A DNA stretch of 11,760 bases from a virus (taxonomy: Duplodnaviria > Heunggongvirae > Uroviricota > Caudoviricetes): the IMG/VR virus record IMGVR_UViG_2534681774_000039. One strand, written 5' to 3'. Shown here in pieces: positions 1 to 7,150 of this stretch. The position numbers were made by a program, and so were the translations under genes. Position 1 is the stretch's first letter; the number at the start of each line of letters is the position of its first letter. The notes below the pieces were generated by a model, which had not been told where the DNA came from, ran no database searches, and saw nothing but the letters and a program-made list of their open reading frames with translations.

Positions 1-276
1 GTGGCTTCTGTTTCTATCAGCTGTCCCTCCTGTTCAGCTACTGACGGGGTGGTGCGTAACGGCAAAAGCATCGCCGGACATCAGCGCTATCTCTGCTCTC
101 ACTGCCGTAAAACATGGCAACTGCAGTTCACTTACACCGCTTCTCAACCCGGTACGCACCAGAAAATCATTGATATGGCCATGAATGGCGTTGGATGCCG
201 GGCAACTGCCCGCATTATGGGCGTTGGCCTCAACACGATTTTACGTCACTTAAAAAACTCAGGCCGCAGTCGGTAA
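1..276 (+). CDS. insA: IS1 InsA (transposition inhibitor / N-terminal part of the InsAB' transposase), GTG start
   Basis: 91-aa translation [23 protein letters not shown]...NSGRSR with CPSC...CSHC zinc-finger motif matches IS1 InsA; stop TAA 274-276. Confidence 0.9.
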   Translation: MASVSISCPSCSATDGVVRNGKSIAGHQRYLCSHCRKTWQLQFTYTASQPGTHQKIIDMAMNGVGCRATARIMGVGLNTILRHLKNSGRSR

Positions 277-698
277 CCTCGCGCATACAGCCGGGCAGTG
301 ACGTCATCGTCTGCGCGGAAATGGACGAACAGTGGGGCTATGTCGGGGCTAAATCGCGCCAGCGCTGGCTGTTTTACGCGTATGACAGGCTCCGGAAGAC
401 GGTTGTTGCGCACGTATTCGGTGAACGCACTATGGCGACGCTGGGGCGTCTTATGAGCCTGCTGTCACCCTTTGACGTGGTGATATGGATGACGGATGGC
501 TGGCCGCTGTATGAATCCCGCCTGAAGGGAAAGCTGCACGTAATCAGCAAGCGATATACGCAGCGAATTGAGCGGCATAACCTGAATCTGAGGCAGCACC
601 TGGCACGGCTGGGACGGAAGTCGCTGTCGTTCTCAAAATCGGTGGAGCTGCATGACAAAGTCATCGGGCATTATCTGAACATAAAACACTATCAATAA
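195..698 (+). CDS. insB: IS1 InsB frame, expressed as the InsAB' fusion by -1 programmed frameshift at the A6C motif (252-258)
   Basis: 167-aa frame ...[28 protein letters not shown]...[10 protein letters not shown]... matches IS1 InsB; overlaps insA in the -1 frame; stop TAA 696-698. Confidence 0.85.
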   Translation: MPGNCPHYGRWPQHDFTSLKKLRPQSVTSRIQPGSDVIVCAEMDEQWGYVGAKSRQRWLFYAYDRLRKTVVAHVFGERTMATLGRLMSLLSPFDVVIWMTDGWPLYESRLKGKLHVISKRYTQRIERHNLNLRQHLARLGRKSLSFSKSVELHDKVIGHYLNIKHYQ

Positions 699-963
699 GT
701 TGGAGTCATTACCGCCTCCTGAATAGTGATGCTGAATAACATAACCCCATGATATATCGATAAAATAATCTCTACATTTGAAAATGCACGGTAATTCTGA
801 AATGCAAAAAATCAACCAAACCAGCGCAATGCCTGAAAAAACTGACGTTCACTGGAGTGGTCGGTTTAGCGTTGCACCAATGCTCGATAGGATGTACCGT
901 TTTTGAAAAACAACTAGTTATACACTTTGTGGGAGCCTATTGGGAACCTGAAGTTTTGCTCTT

Positions 964-1036
964 TCTATTCATATCTATTCATAAAGCACCATTTGCTGCC
1001 TTATCTGATTGACCAAAAACAACCGCGGTTATAGAC
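964..1036 (+). promoter_or_regulatory. Candidate promoter for the 1091-2081 operon (-35 TTGACC 1009-1014, -10-like TATAGA about 1030-1035) preceded by a perfect tandem 10-bp direct repeat TCTATTCATA x2 (964-983)
   Basis: Hexamer match and spacing read directly; the tandem repeat sits just upstream of the -35. No experimental support; the -10 is weak. Confidence 0.3.
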
Positions 1037-1090
1037 TTTGCTCCAAATAGCTAAGGCTATTGCTTAGTAAGTAAAACAGTTGAGGTTGCC

Positions 1091-1630
1091 ATGAATCCGT
1101 TTAACGCCATTACTTTTGCTGCATTGTGCGGGCCTCTGGCTTGTCCTGCTGCTATGGCGCAGGAGTTCATCATCCAGCCAGCCCCTGTGATTGCTAAACC
1201 TTTTGAGTACTCTCCTTCTGTTGAGGAATTCTCACGCAAAATGGAAGAGGGTAAGGAGATCTTGCAAAAGTTAACAATTGCAGCAGATGACTACTATATC
1301 TGTTTGATTGATCTTAATAGCCAAGATGCTCGCGAGTTTGTTTCCAAAAACGGGACAGATACGACAGAGGCATGCGAAATGTTCCTGCGTGCTTTTGAAG
1401 AAGAAGTGAAGCGTACAATTGAATCGCCTCTGCCTGAATTTATCAGGTCAGAACTGAAGGTTTACTGGCGTCATATTGCTAAAGCTCGCTCATCTGTCAC
1501 TCGCCTTAACAATTACATAAAGAGCATATTTAAAGAAACTGTTACTTTTAGCGGGCGCGCGGATCTTGCTGGAATTGCAGCACTAGCTAGTCACACATCA
1601 AATAAGCTAAAATCGATGCAATTTCACTAA
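1091..1630 (+). CDS. Hypothetical 179-aa protein with hydrophobic signal-peptide-like N-terminus (MNPFNAITFAALCGPLACPAAMA/QE); first gene of a two-gene module with the YafO-like gene
   Basis: Good RBS (GAGG, 5-nt spacer) before ATG 1091; 16-nt gap to the downstream gene; no family recognised from sequence. Confidence 0.6.
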   Translation: MNPFNAITFAALCGPLACPAAMAQEFIIQPAPVIAKPFEYSPSVEEFSRKMEEGKEILQKLTIAADDYYICLIDLNSQDAREFVSKNGTDTTEACEMFLRAFEEEVKRTIESPLPEFIRSELKVYWRHIAKARSSVTRLNNYIKSIFKETVTFSGRADLAGIAALASHTSNKLKSMQFH

Positions 1631-1646
1631 CCGATAGCGGACGACC

Positions 1647-2081
1647 ATGCATCTAGAAGTCTCTATTAATCCAGAAACTAGAGCTGAATTTTTTGATGAA
1701 GTTTTTCTCAAATTCCCGGAGCTAGAGTCTTCTATCATTGATGATTTCAAGAGATACAAAGCAACCGGTGAGCTTCCGCATTATTTCGGTAGGGACGTTG
1801 CGTATACTCAGCCTTATGGTGCTTTTCGGGCTGGGTTGATGCATATCCATCTTTGTCTACCGCCAAACAAGTTTCCCGAGAAACTTCCACAACCGGATAG
1901 GGTCTGCAAGAAAGGTGATCCTGATAATGATGCTTGTCTTGTGTATGTCCAAGGTGAGCTTTATGAGAATAAATATTCACTCATTGCTATTATGTATCCC
2001 GATGCACATGAAAAAGCAAGAAAACATGATGTGATGAGCTATCTGGCGCGAATTGCCCAGAATTATAAAGATGAAAACTAA
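1647..2081 (+). CDS. YafO-family toxin-like protein (ribosome-dependent mRNA interferase family)
   Basis: Translation carries blocks I recall from E. coli YafO: ...YKATGELPHYFGRDVAY..., ...MHIHL..., ...ACLVYVQGE...SLIAIMYPDAHEKARKHD...; 144 aa; stop TAA 2079-2081 followed by a terminator. Confidence 0.7.
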   Translation: MHLEVSINPETRAEFFDEVFLKFPELESSIIDDFKRYKATGELPHYFGRDVAYTQPYGAFRAGLMHIHLCLPPNKFPEKLPQPDRVCKKGDPDNDACLVYVQGELYENKYSLIAIMYPDAHEKARKHDVMSYLARIAQNYKDEN

Positions 2082-2101
2082 CCCGCCGAAGCGGGTTTTT
2101 T
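2081..2101 (+). terminator. Rho-independent terminator (stem ACCCGC / GCGGGT, CGAA loop, T6 tract), shared by the convergent YafO-like and excisionase-like genes
   Basis: Perfect 6-bp GC-rich stem, tetraloop and T-run directly after the stop codon at 2079-2081; partly bidirectional (A-run on the other side). Confidence 0.75.
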
Positions 2102-2107
2102 GTGAGA

Positions 2108-2380
2108 TTAGTTATTTATTTTCCTATTTGTTCTTACCCTCTCCCATTCAATTCTGCCTTCTTCACGCCGTTTATCTATATATTCAGCAAGATCCTGAAT
2201 GTTGATGCAGCGCTTTGCTTTCTGTGATGTACCAACACGATAAGTCGGGATCGGCAACTGGCATGCATTTGCTTTCGCTTCTGCTGTGTTAGGGCTCATA
2301 CCGAAATACTTTTGGCATACAGCTGACAGCTCAATGTTTGGGGTATTGAATTCAGCCATCAGTAAAAACAAGGTGTTCAT
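2108..2380 (-). CDS. Excisionase-like / PrtN-family small DNA-binding protein; likely start at the internal ATG 2380 (MNTLFLLMAEF...) rather than GTG 2407
   Basis: MNTLFLLMAEF...SAVCQKYFGMSPNTAEAKANACQLPIPTYRVGTSQKAKRCINIQDLAEYIDKRREE resembles the PrtN/excisionase-like proteins of lambdoid prophages as I recall them; GGAG RBS 6 nt before ATG 2380; last gene of the minus-strand operon. Confidence 0.6.
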   Translation of the reverse strand: MNTLFLLMAEFNTPNIELSAVCQKYFGMSPNTAEAKANACQLPIPTYRVGTSQKAKRCINIQDLAEYIDKRREEGRIEWERVRTNRKINN

Positions 2381-2416
2381 AATTTTCTCCATCAAAACCG
2401 GCTGCACCCGGGAAAA

Positions 2417-2989
2417 TCATAATTCTGTGCTGGTAGCAGGAATTAATTTCTGCCAGATAGCGGAAACATATTTTGCCTGATGACGGGCATCAGCCAGGGC
2501 GTTGTGCCGGTCGCCATCGAAAGGCATGTCCATTTTGGGGTCGAATCCGATGGAACGCCCAAGCGTAACGATCGTGCGTACATCGTGGTCATTCCAGTAC
2601 GCCCACGGGCAGATTTGTCCTGCTCGCTCGTAAGCTCCACGTAAAATTACGTTGTCGAAGGTGGCCCCGTTACCCCAGACTTTTAAATATTTCGTATTGT
2701 CTGCGTGCCGGTTAATGAAATGGTTTAGTTCTGAGAGAGCATCGCTGATCGACAAAGTATCATCAATACAGATTGCAGCTCGTGCTTCAGGGCTTTGTTT
2801 CAACCACCACAGGATGGTATCGCCGTCAGGTGTAGCTCCTTGCTCCATAGCACTTTCCAGGCTAACAACCGTATAGAATTCTTGTCCGATGTCTCCGATT
2901 TCTGGAGTGAAGAACACCGCGCCAATGGAAACGATCGGTGCATCCTTATTTTTCCCCATCGTCTCAAGGTCGATCATTAAGTTGTTCAT
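2417..2989 (-). CDS. DnaQ-like DEDDh 3'-5' exonuclease (phage exonuclease)
   Basis: Exo motifs readable in the translation: IDLETMG (Exo I D-x-E), WGNGATFDNVIL (Exo II), HNALADARHQAKY (Exo III H-x4-D); GGAGG RBS; ATG overlaps the upstream stop (TGATG). Confidence 0.75.
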   Translation of the reverse strand: MNNLMIDLETMGKNKDAPIVSIGAVFFTPEIGDIGQEFYTVVSLESAMEQGATPDGDTILWWLKQSPEARAAICIDDTLSISDALSELNHFINRHADNTKYLKVWGNGATFDNVILRGAYERAGQICPWAYWNDHDVRTIVTLGRSIGFDPKMDMPFDGDRHNALADARHQAKYVSAIWQKLIPATSTEL

Positions 2990-3555
2990 CACTTCACCTC
3001 CAGCGGCGGTTCCGGTAGCGGCATCCAGTGAGTTGCTTGCTCAATACCATTACCCGGCTTAATCGTTGCATCTCCGCGCCGAAAGGTGCTTCCGGTATAG
3101 CGTGCGGAGCATATTAGCGGTTCAACCTGAGAGCTATCGAAATTCACCGAAATAAGCACGTTCTGGCCCTTTTCAGGCATTCGATCACTACAGCTTATCC
3201 AACTATCCGGAGTTCCCGGAGAGTTGCCATTTACATCGAAGTTTGGCTCTGCGTCCTGAACTAGGAGGATGTAACCATTTTTGGCTGTATCAAGTTCTAA
3301 CGCCTCGGTGACGGTACCGAAATAGCGATTACCTAAATCAACATCACAAGTGCTTACATCAATGGAAACTTCCATGCCTTCGATTAATTCTGGCAAGTTG
3401 TAAGTTTGGCTTACAGGCTCTGCTTCCAGCGATACCAGTGCAATTCGTGCCAGTTCTTCCGCTTCTTCTGCTGGCAGTACAACGTTGCTGCCAGGTCCGT
3501 ATGTTTCGCGCCACTGCTGGATTGTCAGCAGTCGCCCTTTGGTAATAGTGATCAT
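2989..3555 (-). CDS. Phage protein with DUF551-like C-terminal region
   Basis: 188-aa ORF translationally coupled on both sides (ATGA overlaps); C-terminal ...WISCSDRMPEKGQNVLISV... resembles the DUF551 signature of lambdoid early-region proteins (from memory). Confidence 0.55.
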   Translation of the reverse strand: MITITKGRLLTIQQWRETYGPGSNVVLPAEEAEELARIALVSLEAEPVSQTYNLPELIEGMEVSIDVSTCDVDLGNRYFGTVTEALELDTAKNGYILLVQDAEPNFDVNGNSPGTPDSWISCSDRMPEKGQNVLISVNFDSSQVEPLICSARYTGSTFRRGDATIKPGNGIEQATHWMPLPEPPLEVK

Positions 3556-4067
3556 GCCGCGTTTCCTTCTTTCTTATTAACAATCACACCGTCATATATT
3601 TCATTAAGGTGCCCTCTCAACTCCATGCGCCTTAATGCAGATAACATGTAATCGCATTCAACCTGCTTATTCCCAGTAAATGGCTTATCGTCAGGATTAC
3701 CCCAACAGCAATTACCCCTGGGCCATCCATGTACTTTCCGTACTCTTCCGTTAACAACGTGAAGTAATCCCCAGCCGGGAGGTAAATCCTCAACTGAAAT
3801 AATTTCCGGCTCACTAATAAAGAATCGCCAGTCGCCCATGCCAAGTGAGGGATTTTTACGGAAACGCTTTTTTCTATCTGCCAACAAGTCAGCACGAGAA
3901 CACTTCGCCTCTATCAGGCATGATGCTGAATTTCTGAATCCCATAGCATCTGGCTGTTCTCCGGTACTGGTTACAGCAACAAAGCGGTCATGAAAGCAAA
4001 CCTTGAACCCGTTGCGCTTAAGGAACTTGTACGCAATCTGACAGAGTTCGTGGTGTGTTAACGCCAT
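3552..4067 (-). CDS. PD-(D/E)XK nuclease-fold-like hypothetical protein (171 aa from the internal ATG with AAGGAG RBS)
   Basis: Motif arrangement E(LCQ)...GEQPD...(13 aa)...LIEAKCS fits E...PD...(D/E)xK; strong RBS AAAGGAGAG 6 nt before ATG 4067; the ORF-track start at 4100 is probably read-through into the upstream gene. Confidence 0.5.
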   Translation of the reverse strand: MALTHHELCQIAYKFLKRNGFKVCFHDRFVAVTSTGEQPDAMGFRNSASCLIEAKCSRADLLADRKKRFRKNPSLGMGDWRFFISEPEIISVEDLPPGWGLLHVVNGRVRKVHGWPRGNCCWGNPDDKPFTGNKQVECDYMLSALRRMELRGHLNEIYDGVIVNKKEGNAA

Positions 4068-4068
4068 A

Positions 4069-4617
4069 TCACTCTCCTTTGATGCGAATGCCTGTTGCAA
4101 TGCTGTTTATGATGCTGTCAGTGCATGGGGTAGAAAGCTGGGCATCTCCAGCAATTTTCATGACCTCAACATCTGCATATCGAATACCGAGGTGTATCAG
4201 ACCGGCTATGCCTGACTTAAGCCGAGCATTTTCCATAAATAGAACTTTTGCCCGCTGTTTTTCTGCTTCAAGCTCAACGCGCAGCTTCCCTACCGTTAGC
4301 GCAATATCCTCGTTCTCCTGATCGCGGCTTTTGATGTATTGCAGGTTTCTTTCCTGTTCATCCAGCAGTGCCAGCACGGTAGCCGGGTTAGCCTCTGCTA
4401 TGAATTCAGCGTTTGCATAAGCCTGAGCATCTGATTCAATCAGGCAGTTAACATGACATTCCGCAATCACGCCACCGGGTTCTCCTTTCCATTTTTGGCA
4501 AACAAAAACTCCTGTTAAATTGCCGTGCTGGTTAACAGATGTATGCCCTACGATGTAGCTTCCTTTAGTTGCTTTCTCTGCCTTTTCACGCAGTGCCTGA
4601 TAGTTAATTTGGGTCAC
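4069..4617 (-). CDS. Ead/Ea22-like phage protein
   Basis: N-terminus MTQINYQALREKAEKATKG... and a coiled-coil-rich middle resemble Ead/Ea22-like proteins of lambdoid prophages; ATGA overlap with the upstream gene. Confidence 0.55.
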   Translation of the reverse strand: MTQINYQALREKAEKATKGSYIVGHTSVNQHGNLTGVFVCQKWKGEPGGVIAECHVNCLIESDAQAYANAEFIAEANPATVLALLDEQERNLQYIKSRDQENEDIALTVGKLRVELEAEKQRAKVLFMENARLKSGIAGLIHLGIRYADVEVMKIAGDAQLSTPCTDSIINSIATGIRIKGE

Positions 4618-4838
4618 TCTTCATCCTCCAAGTCGGCAACGGCGTCCATCACATCAGAACCGCGAATAACCTCAAAAGCACGGCAGGCCATTTGAAATAC
4701 CAGTTGCTCTTGCGGATGCGGTGATTCCCAATATTTGAATCCAGGGCGATGCGCGTACCCCATCATTGAATAAAAATCACCAGCAAGCTTAATCGCGGCA
4801 TCAACAAGCTCTCTGTTAGTCATTCTTTTTCCGCTCAC
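4614..4838 (-). CDS. Small hypothetical phage protein (about 74 aa, probable GTG start at 4838 with GGAGG RBS)
   Basis: ORF coupled to its neighbours (GTGA and ATGA overlaps); acidic C-terminus (DLEDEE); no family recognised. Confidence 0.45.
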   Translation of the reverse strand: MSGKRMTNRELVDAAIKLAGDFYSMMGYAHRPGFKYWESPHPQEQLVFQMACRAFEVIRGSDVMDAVADLEDEE

Positions 4839-5446
4839 TGGTTGCCTCCTTTGCGAATCTGTTCCGCCCATTCTTCTAGGGATTTCTCCGCATATTCACC
4901 GGACAGGCCATCAATCGGGTGTGGTTCATTAGCCAACTCTTCTTTCGCTGACAGAATCATGCGTGTAACGTCGAAAACTTCACGTAAAGACTTATTGATA
5001 AATCCGTGATTGAAAGCAGCAGCAAGACGGCTTGCGGTATAGTTAATCCCCTCGTTGCGTGCTTCCGCACGAATTTCAGCCAGGAAAGCATCGGTGGCTG
5101 GAGTTTCGCTGTGGTGTAGGGCATCGTTGATAATCATTGCAGCAACACCAGCCTGCCCTGCATCCGTGACCGACACATGCTCAAGAGTTACGGCCATTGC
5201 GTGTTTCAGCCCCGCATTCTCCGCCGCCAGCGCCGAAAACTTCTCGTGTGCCAACTTAACAGCTGCATCAGCCTGCTTAATTGACTCAATCGCTTTCTGT
5301 TGGTCTTCGGACAGAGCCAAAATCTTGGCCTCCGCTTCAGCAAATTTACGCACCAGATATTCAGCATTTGTTTCATTCACTTTCAGATCTCGTGGTACAC
5401 ATTTCCCGCGAAGAAACCCTTCCATTTCGAAAACATTCATGCGCAT
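4835..5446 (-). CDS. Hypothetical phage protein, alanine-rich / coiled-coil-like (203 aa)
   Basis: Long ORF in operon context; start overlaps the HD gene stop (ATGCGCATGA); no family recognised. Confidence 0.55.
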   Translation of the reverse strand: MRMNVFEMEGFLRGKCVPRDLKVNETNAEYLVRKFAEAEAKILALSEDQQKAIESIKQADAAVKLAHEKFSALAAENAGLKHAMAVTLEHVSVTDAGQAGVAAMIINDALHHSETPATDAFLAEIRAEARNEGINYTASRLAAAFNHGFINKSLREVFDVTRMILSAKEELANEPHPIDGLSGEYAEKSLEEWAEQIRKGGNQ

Positions 5447-5973
5447 GTGCGTAACTCCGATAACTCGTTAAAGCGCTCCATAAACATCCCGTAGGCATGG
5501 CTCGGAGCCAGTGGAATAACTTTGAACATTTCTGTTGCCGGGATACCTTCCAGTACTGGCCAGAAAGAGCCATCATCAAGCCCGAGATCGCGGCGTTCGG
5601 TTGCCAGCATGATGAGATCGGCATATTTCACAGGCGTGCTCATAACCGGGGGTAACCCGTATTTCTCACGGATTACGGCGTCTATTTTTTCTTCCATCCG
5701 TTTATAGTCAGGAAGAAGGCGTTTCAGTGGAGCGGGAATATCCTGGCAATACGCTTCTGTTGCATCATGCATTAACGCTTCAAAAGCAAATTCCTGCGGC
5801 ACCAGCTGGCTGCAAAGCACCGCATGTTGGGCGACACTGTAGAAGTGAGAAAGATGACCGGCAAAGCGGCAGATATTTGAAAGGGAAACCGCGATATCGT
5901 TAATCACGATGTCGTCTTTATTTATCTTGTCATAATAAAAATGCTTCCCGGAAAAAGTTTTAATAAATGACAT
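5437..5973 (-). CDS. HD-domain phosphohydrolase, YfbR-like (5'-deoxynucleotidase-like)
   Basis: ...YSVAQHAVLCSQL... (metal-binding His) and ...EALMHDATEAYCQDIPAPLK... (HD motif) align block-for-block with E. coli YfbR as I recall it; GGAGA RBS before ATG 5973; the upstream in-frame extension to 6042 is discounted. Confidence 0.75.
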   Translation of the reverse strand: MSFIKTFSGKHFYYDKINKDDIVINDIAVSLSNICRFAGHLSHFYSVAQHAVLCSQLVPQEFAFEALMHDATEAYCQDIPAPLKRLLPDYKRMEEKIDAVIREKYGLPPVMSTPVKYADLIMLATERRDLGLDDGSFWPVLEGIPATEMFKVIPLAPSHAYGMFMERFNELSELRTCA

Positions 5974-6015
5974 TTTGTTCTCCACGTTATATGCGCTGCA
6001 CCGCTCTGAATTTTG

Positions 6016-6065
6016 ATTGCAGCAATCCAGCCCATTTGACATGGGATGATTGCTGCAATTTTTTT
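6016..6065 (+). terminator. Intergenic hairpin (12-bp perfect stem ATTGCAGCAATC / GATTGCTGCAAT, inner CCCA/TGGG tier) followed on the + strand by a T7 run; terminator-like in the + orientation, between rdgC and the HD gene
   Basis: Base pairing checked position by position (6016-6027 with 6048-6059); T-run 6059-6065 overlaps the rdgC stop codon; orientation is opposite to the surrounding operon. Confidence 0.4.
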
Positions 6066-6981
6066 AAGTTGTTGGATTTTGGCTTTTATCTTCTTTGTAA
6101 GAAAGAAGGTCACACATCAAATTAACTACCTTGCTGAATTGGAAAAGGTCAGCGCCAGTCTGATGACGCCACTGGAATGCTTTATCATCTTCATCATTAA
6201 ATGTCTGAGATTGAGTATTGATGCGCGAAAAATGGAAATTTTCGGTAAGAATGAAGGTCACACCGCAACCGGATAACTCCATTTTATCAGCAGTGAAACT
6301 ACTACTAAGACTATCGGCCAGTTCGCTTTGAATTGACTCATGCTCAGCTGAGTAGCGAATAATTTCCTTTTGATCTGCGTAGCGTGATAGCTGAATATAA
6401 TTTCCGACAGTGAATCCTTCAAATGCATTGGCTGCACCATTGATGTAGTTATTCAGGCGTGTAGTCAGTCCATTCTTGATATCACTGATGTTGATTGTTT
6501 CTGTTTTCACTGAACCGACAACCTTAATCAGCATTGCGCATACCATACCAGCTATTATTTTATTGGTTGTGTTGATTACCAATAATTTCTCATCAGTGCT
6601 GTACAATGCAAGAATCAGCGTAGACTTAACAAATGCCTGTTTGCATAGATCTACTCGTACGTTATCAATAATGGCCAGTCGTTCGGCACGCTTTAATTTA
6701 TTCCCGGACATATTTTCGATTGTTTGGATTCGAGAATTAGCTTCTTTCATGACGACATGTCGGGGAATTATTTTCTGATCATGACGGATTACCATTGCGT
6801 ACCCACCAGATATCGGAGTTACCAGTTCACCAGTGACAGGATTCTCTACAAAAGAGGACCGTGAAAATTCTGTTTCCCCGATTTCAGAATAAGGGAGTTC
6901 GAGAAGATGACCTTCAATAGCCTGTATACTAGGTAATGTTGCTCGGTACACAATTGCGTTACGAAATTTTGGTAATTTCAT
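6064..6981 (-). CDS. rdgC: Recombination-associated protein RdgC-like (305 aa from the internal ATG 6981)
   Basis: MKLPKFRNAIVYR... parallels the RdgC N-terminus (MLWFKNLMVYR...), and central blocks (...MVIRHDQKIIP..., ...KLKRAERLAIIDNV...) parallel RdgC as recalled; GAGGAAAA RBS before ATG; the 67-codon upstream extension in the ORF track is read-through into the leader. Confidence 0.8.
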   Translation of the reverse strand: MKLPKFRNAIVYRATLPSIQAIEGHLLELPYSEIGETEFSRSSFVENPVTGELVTPISGGYAMVIRHDQKIIPRHVVMKEANSRIQTIENMSGNKLKRAERLAIIDNVRVDLCKQAFVKSTLILALYSTDEKLLVINTTNKIIAGMVCAMLIKVVGSVKTETINISDIKNGLTTRLNNYINGAANAFEGFTVGNYIQLSRYADQKEIIRYSAEHESIQSELADSLSSSFTADKMELSGCGVTFILTENFHFSRINTQSQTFNDEDDKAFQWRHQTGADLFQFSKVVNLMCDLLSYKEDKSQNPTT

Positions 6982-7015
6982 TCTATTTTCCTCTGCACAA
7001 GATATTAGTTTCTCC

Positions 7016-7104
7016 ACAAAACAGAGAAGAACACCTGCGGTGGCAGCCGCCCGGGTGGATTGGGTTATGAGCCCGTCGTCCGGTGATGCTCTTCTCTGTT
7101 TTGT
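7016..7104 (-). promoter_or_regulatory. Large RNA hairpin in the pL leader: 15-bp perfect stem (7016-7030 with 7090-7104) enclosing a ~55-nt GC-rich loop, about 35 nt upstream of the rdgC RBS
   Basis: ACAAAACAGAGAAGA pairs with TCTTCTCTGTTTTGT, verified by position; the loop contains further short palindromes (CCCGGG, GCGG/CCGC). Confidence 0.4.
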
Positions 7105-7150
7105 AAAAAGAGCGGTACCAGCCGGAAGCAAGTGTACAAACTGGTACCGC
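7103..7150 (-). terminator. Candidate rho-independent terminator within the leftward leader (10-bp perfect stem GCGGTACCAG / CTGGTACCGC, 19-nt loop, then UCUUUUUAC on the minus-strand transcript)
   Basis: Stem and U-tract read directly on the minus strand; the loop is larger than typical, hence moderate confidence. Lies between the pL-like promoter and rdgC, so it would need read-through or antitermination. Confidence 0.4.

Larger units (their letters stand above)
1..713 (+). mobile_element. IS1: IS1 insertion sequence, left ~55 bp cut by the window edge; right end at ~713
   Basis: InsA and InsB reading frames in IS1 order and spacing; window begins at the InsA GTG start; slippery TTAAAAAAC at 250-258; element terminus ...AAGTTGGAGTCATTACC at 697-713 matches the IS1 end as I recall it. 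A few substitutions versus the canonical copy suggest an IS1 isoform. Confidence 0.92.

Noticed and set aside
374-815. Minus-strand ORFs 374-664 and 633-815 in and across the IS1 right end
   Set aside because: Antisense to insB or spanning the IS1 terminus; no known IS1 gene on that strand.
829-906. 25-codon + strand ORF (MPEKTDVHWSGRFSVAPMLDRMYRF) as a possible remnant of a gene disrupted by IS1
   Set aside because: No frame continuity with the IS1 junction at 714 (stops in all frames within 15 nt) and no recognisable similarity; treated as chance.
1091-1165. Lipoprotein signal peptide for the 179-aa protein (Cys at residue 13)
   Set aside because: The residues preceding the Cys (F-A-A-L-C) do not fit a lipobox, and the n-region lacks basic residues; only a generic hydrophobic or signal-like N-terminus is claimed.
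1057-6778. Numerous 60-100-codon ORFs antisense to or overlapping the annotated genes (e.g. 1747-1980-, 2286-2480+, 2652-2876+, 3632-3895-, 4055-4321+, 5055-5471+, 6476-6778+)
   Set aside because: Each lies wholly within a longer, better-supported gene on the other strand or frame, lacks an RBS, and has atypical composition.
7103-7115. boxA-like motif CGCTCTTTTTAC on the minus strand
   Set aside because: It coincides with the U-tract of the predicted terminator hairpin, so the resemblance to boxA is most simply explained by that; no adjacent boxB-like small hairpin.
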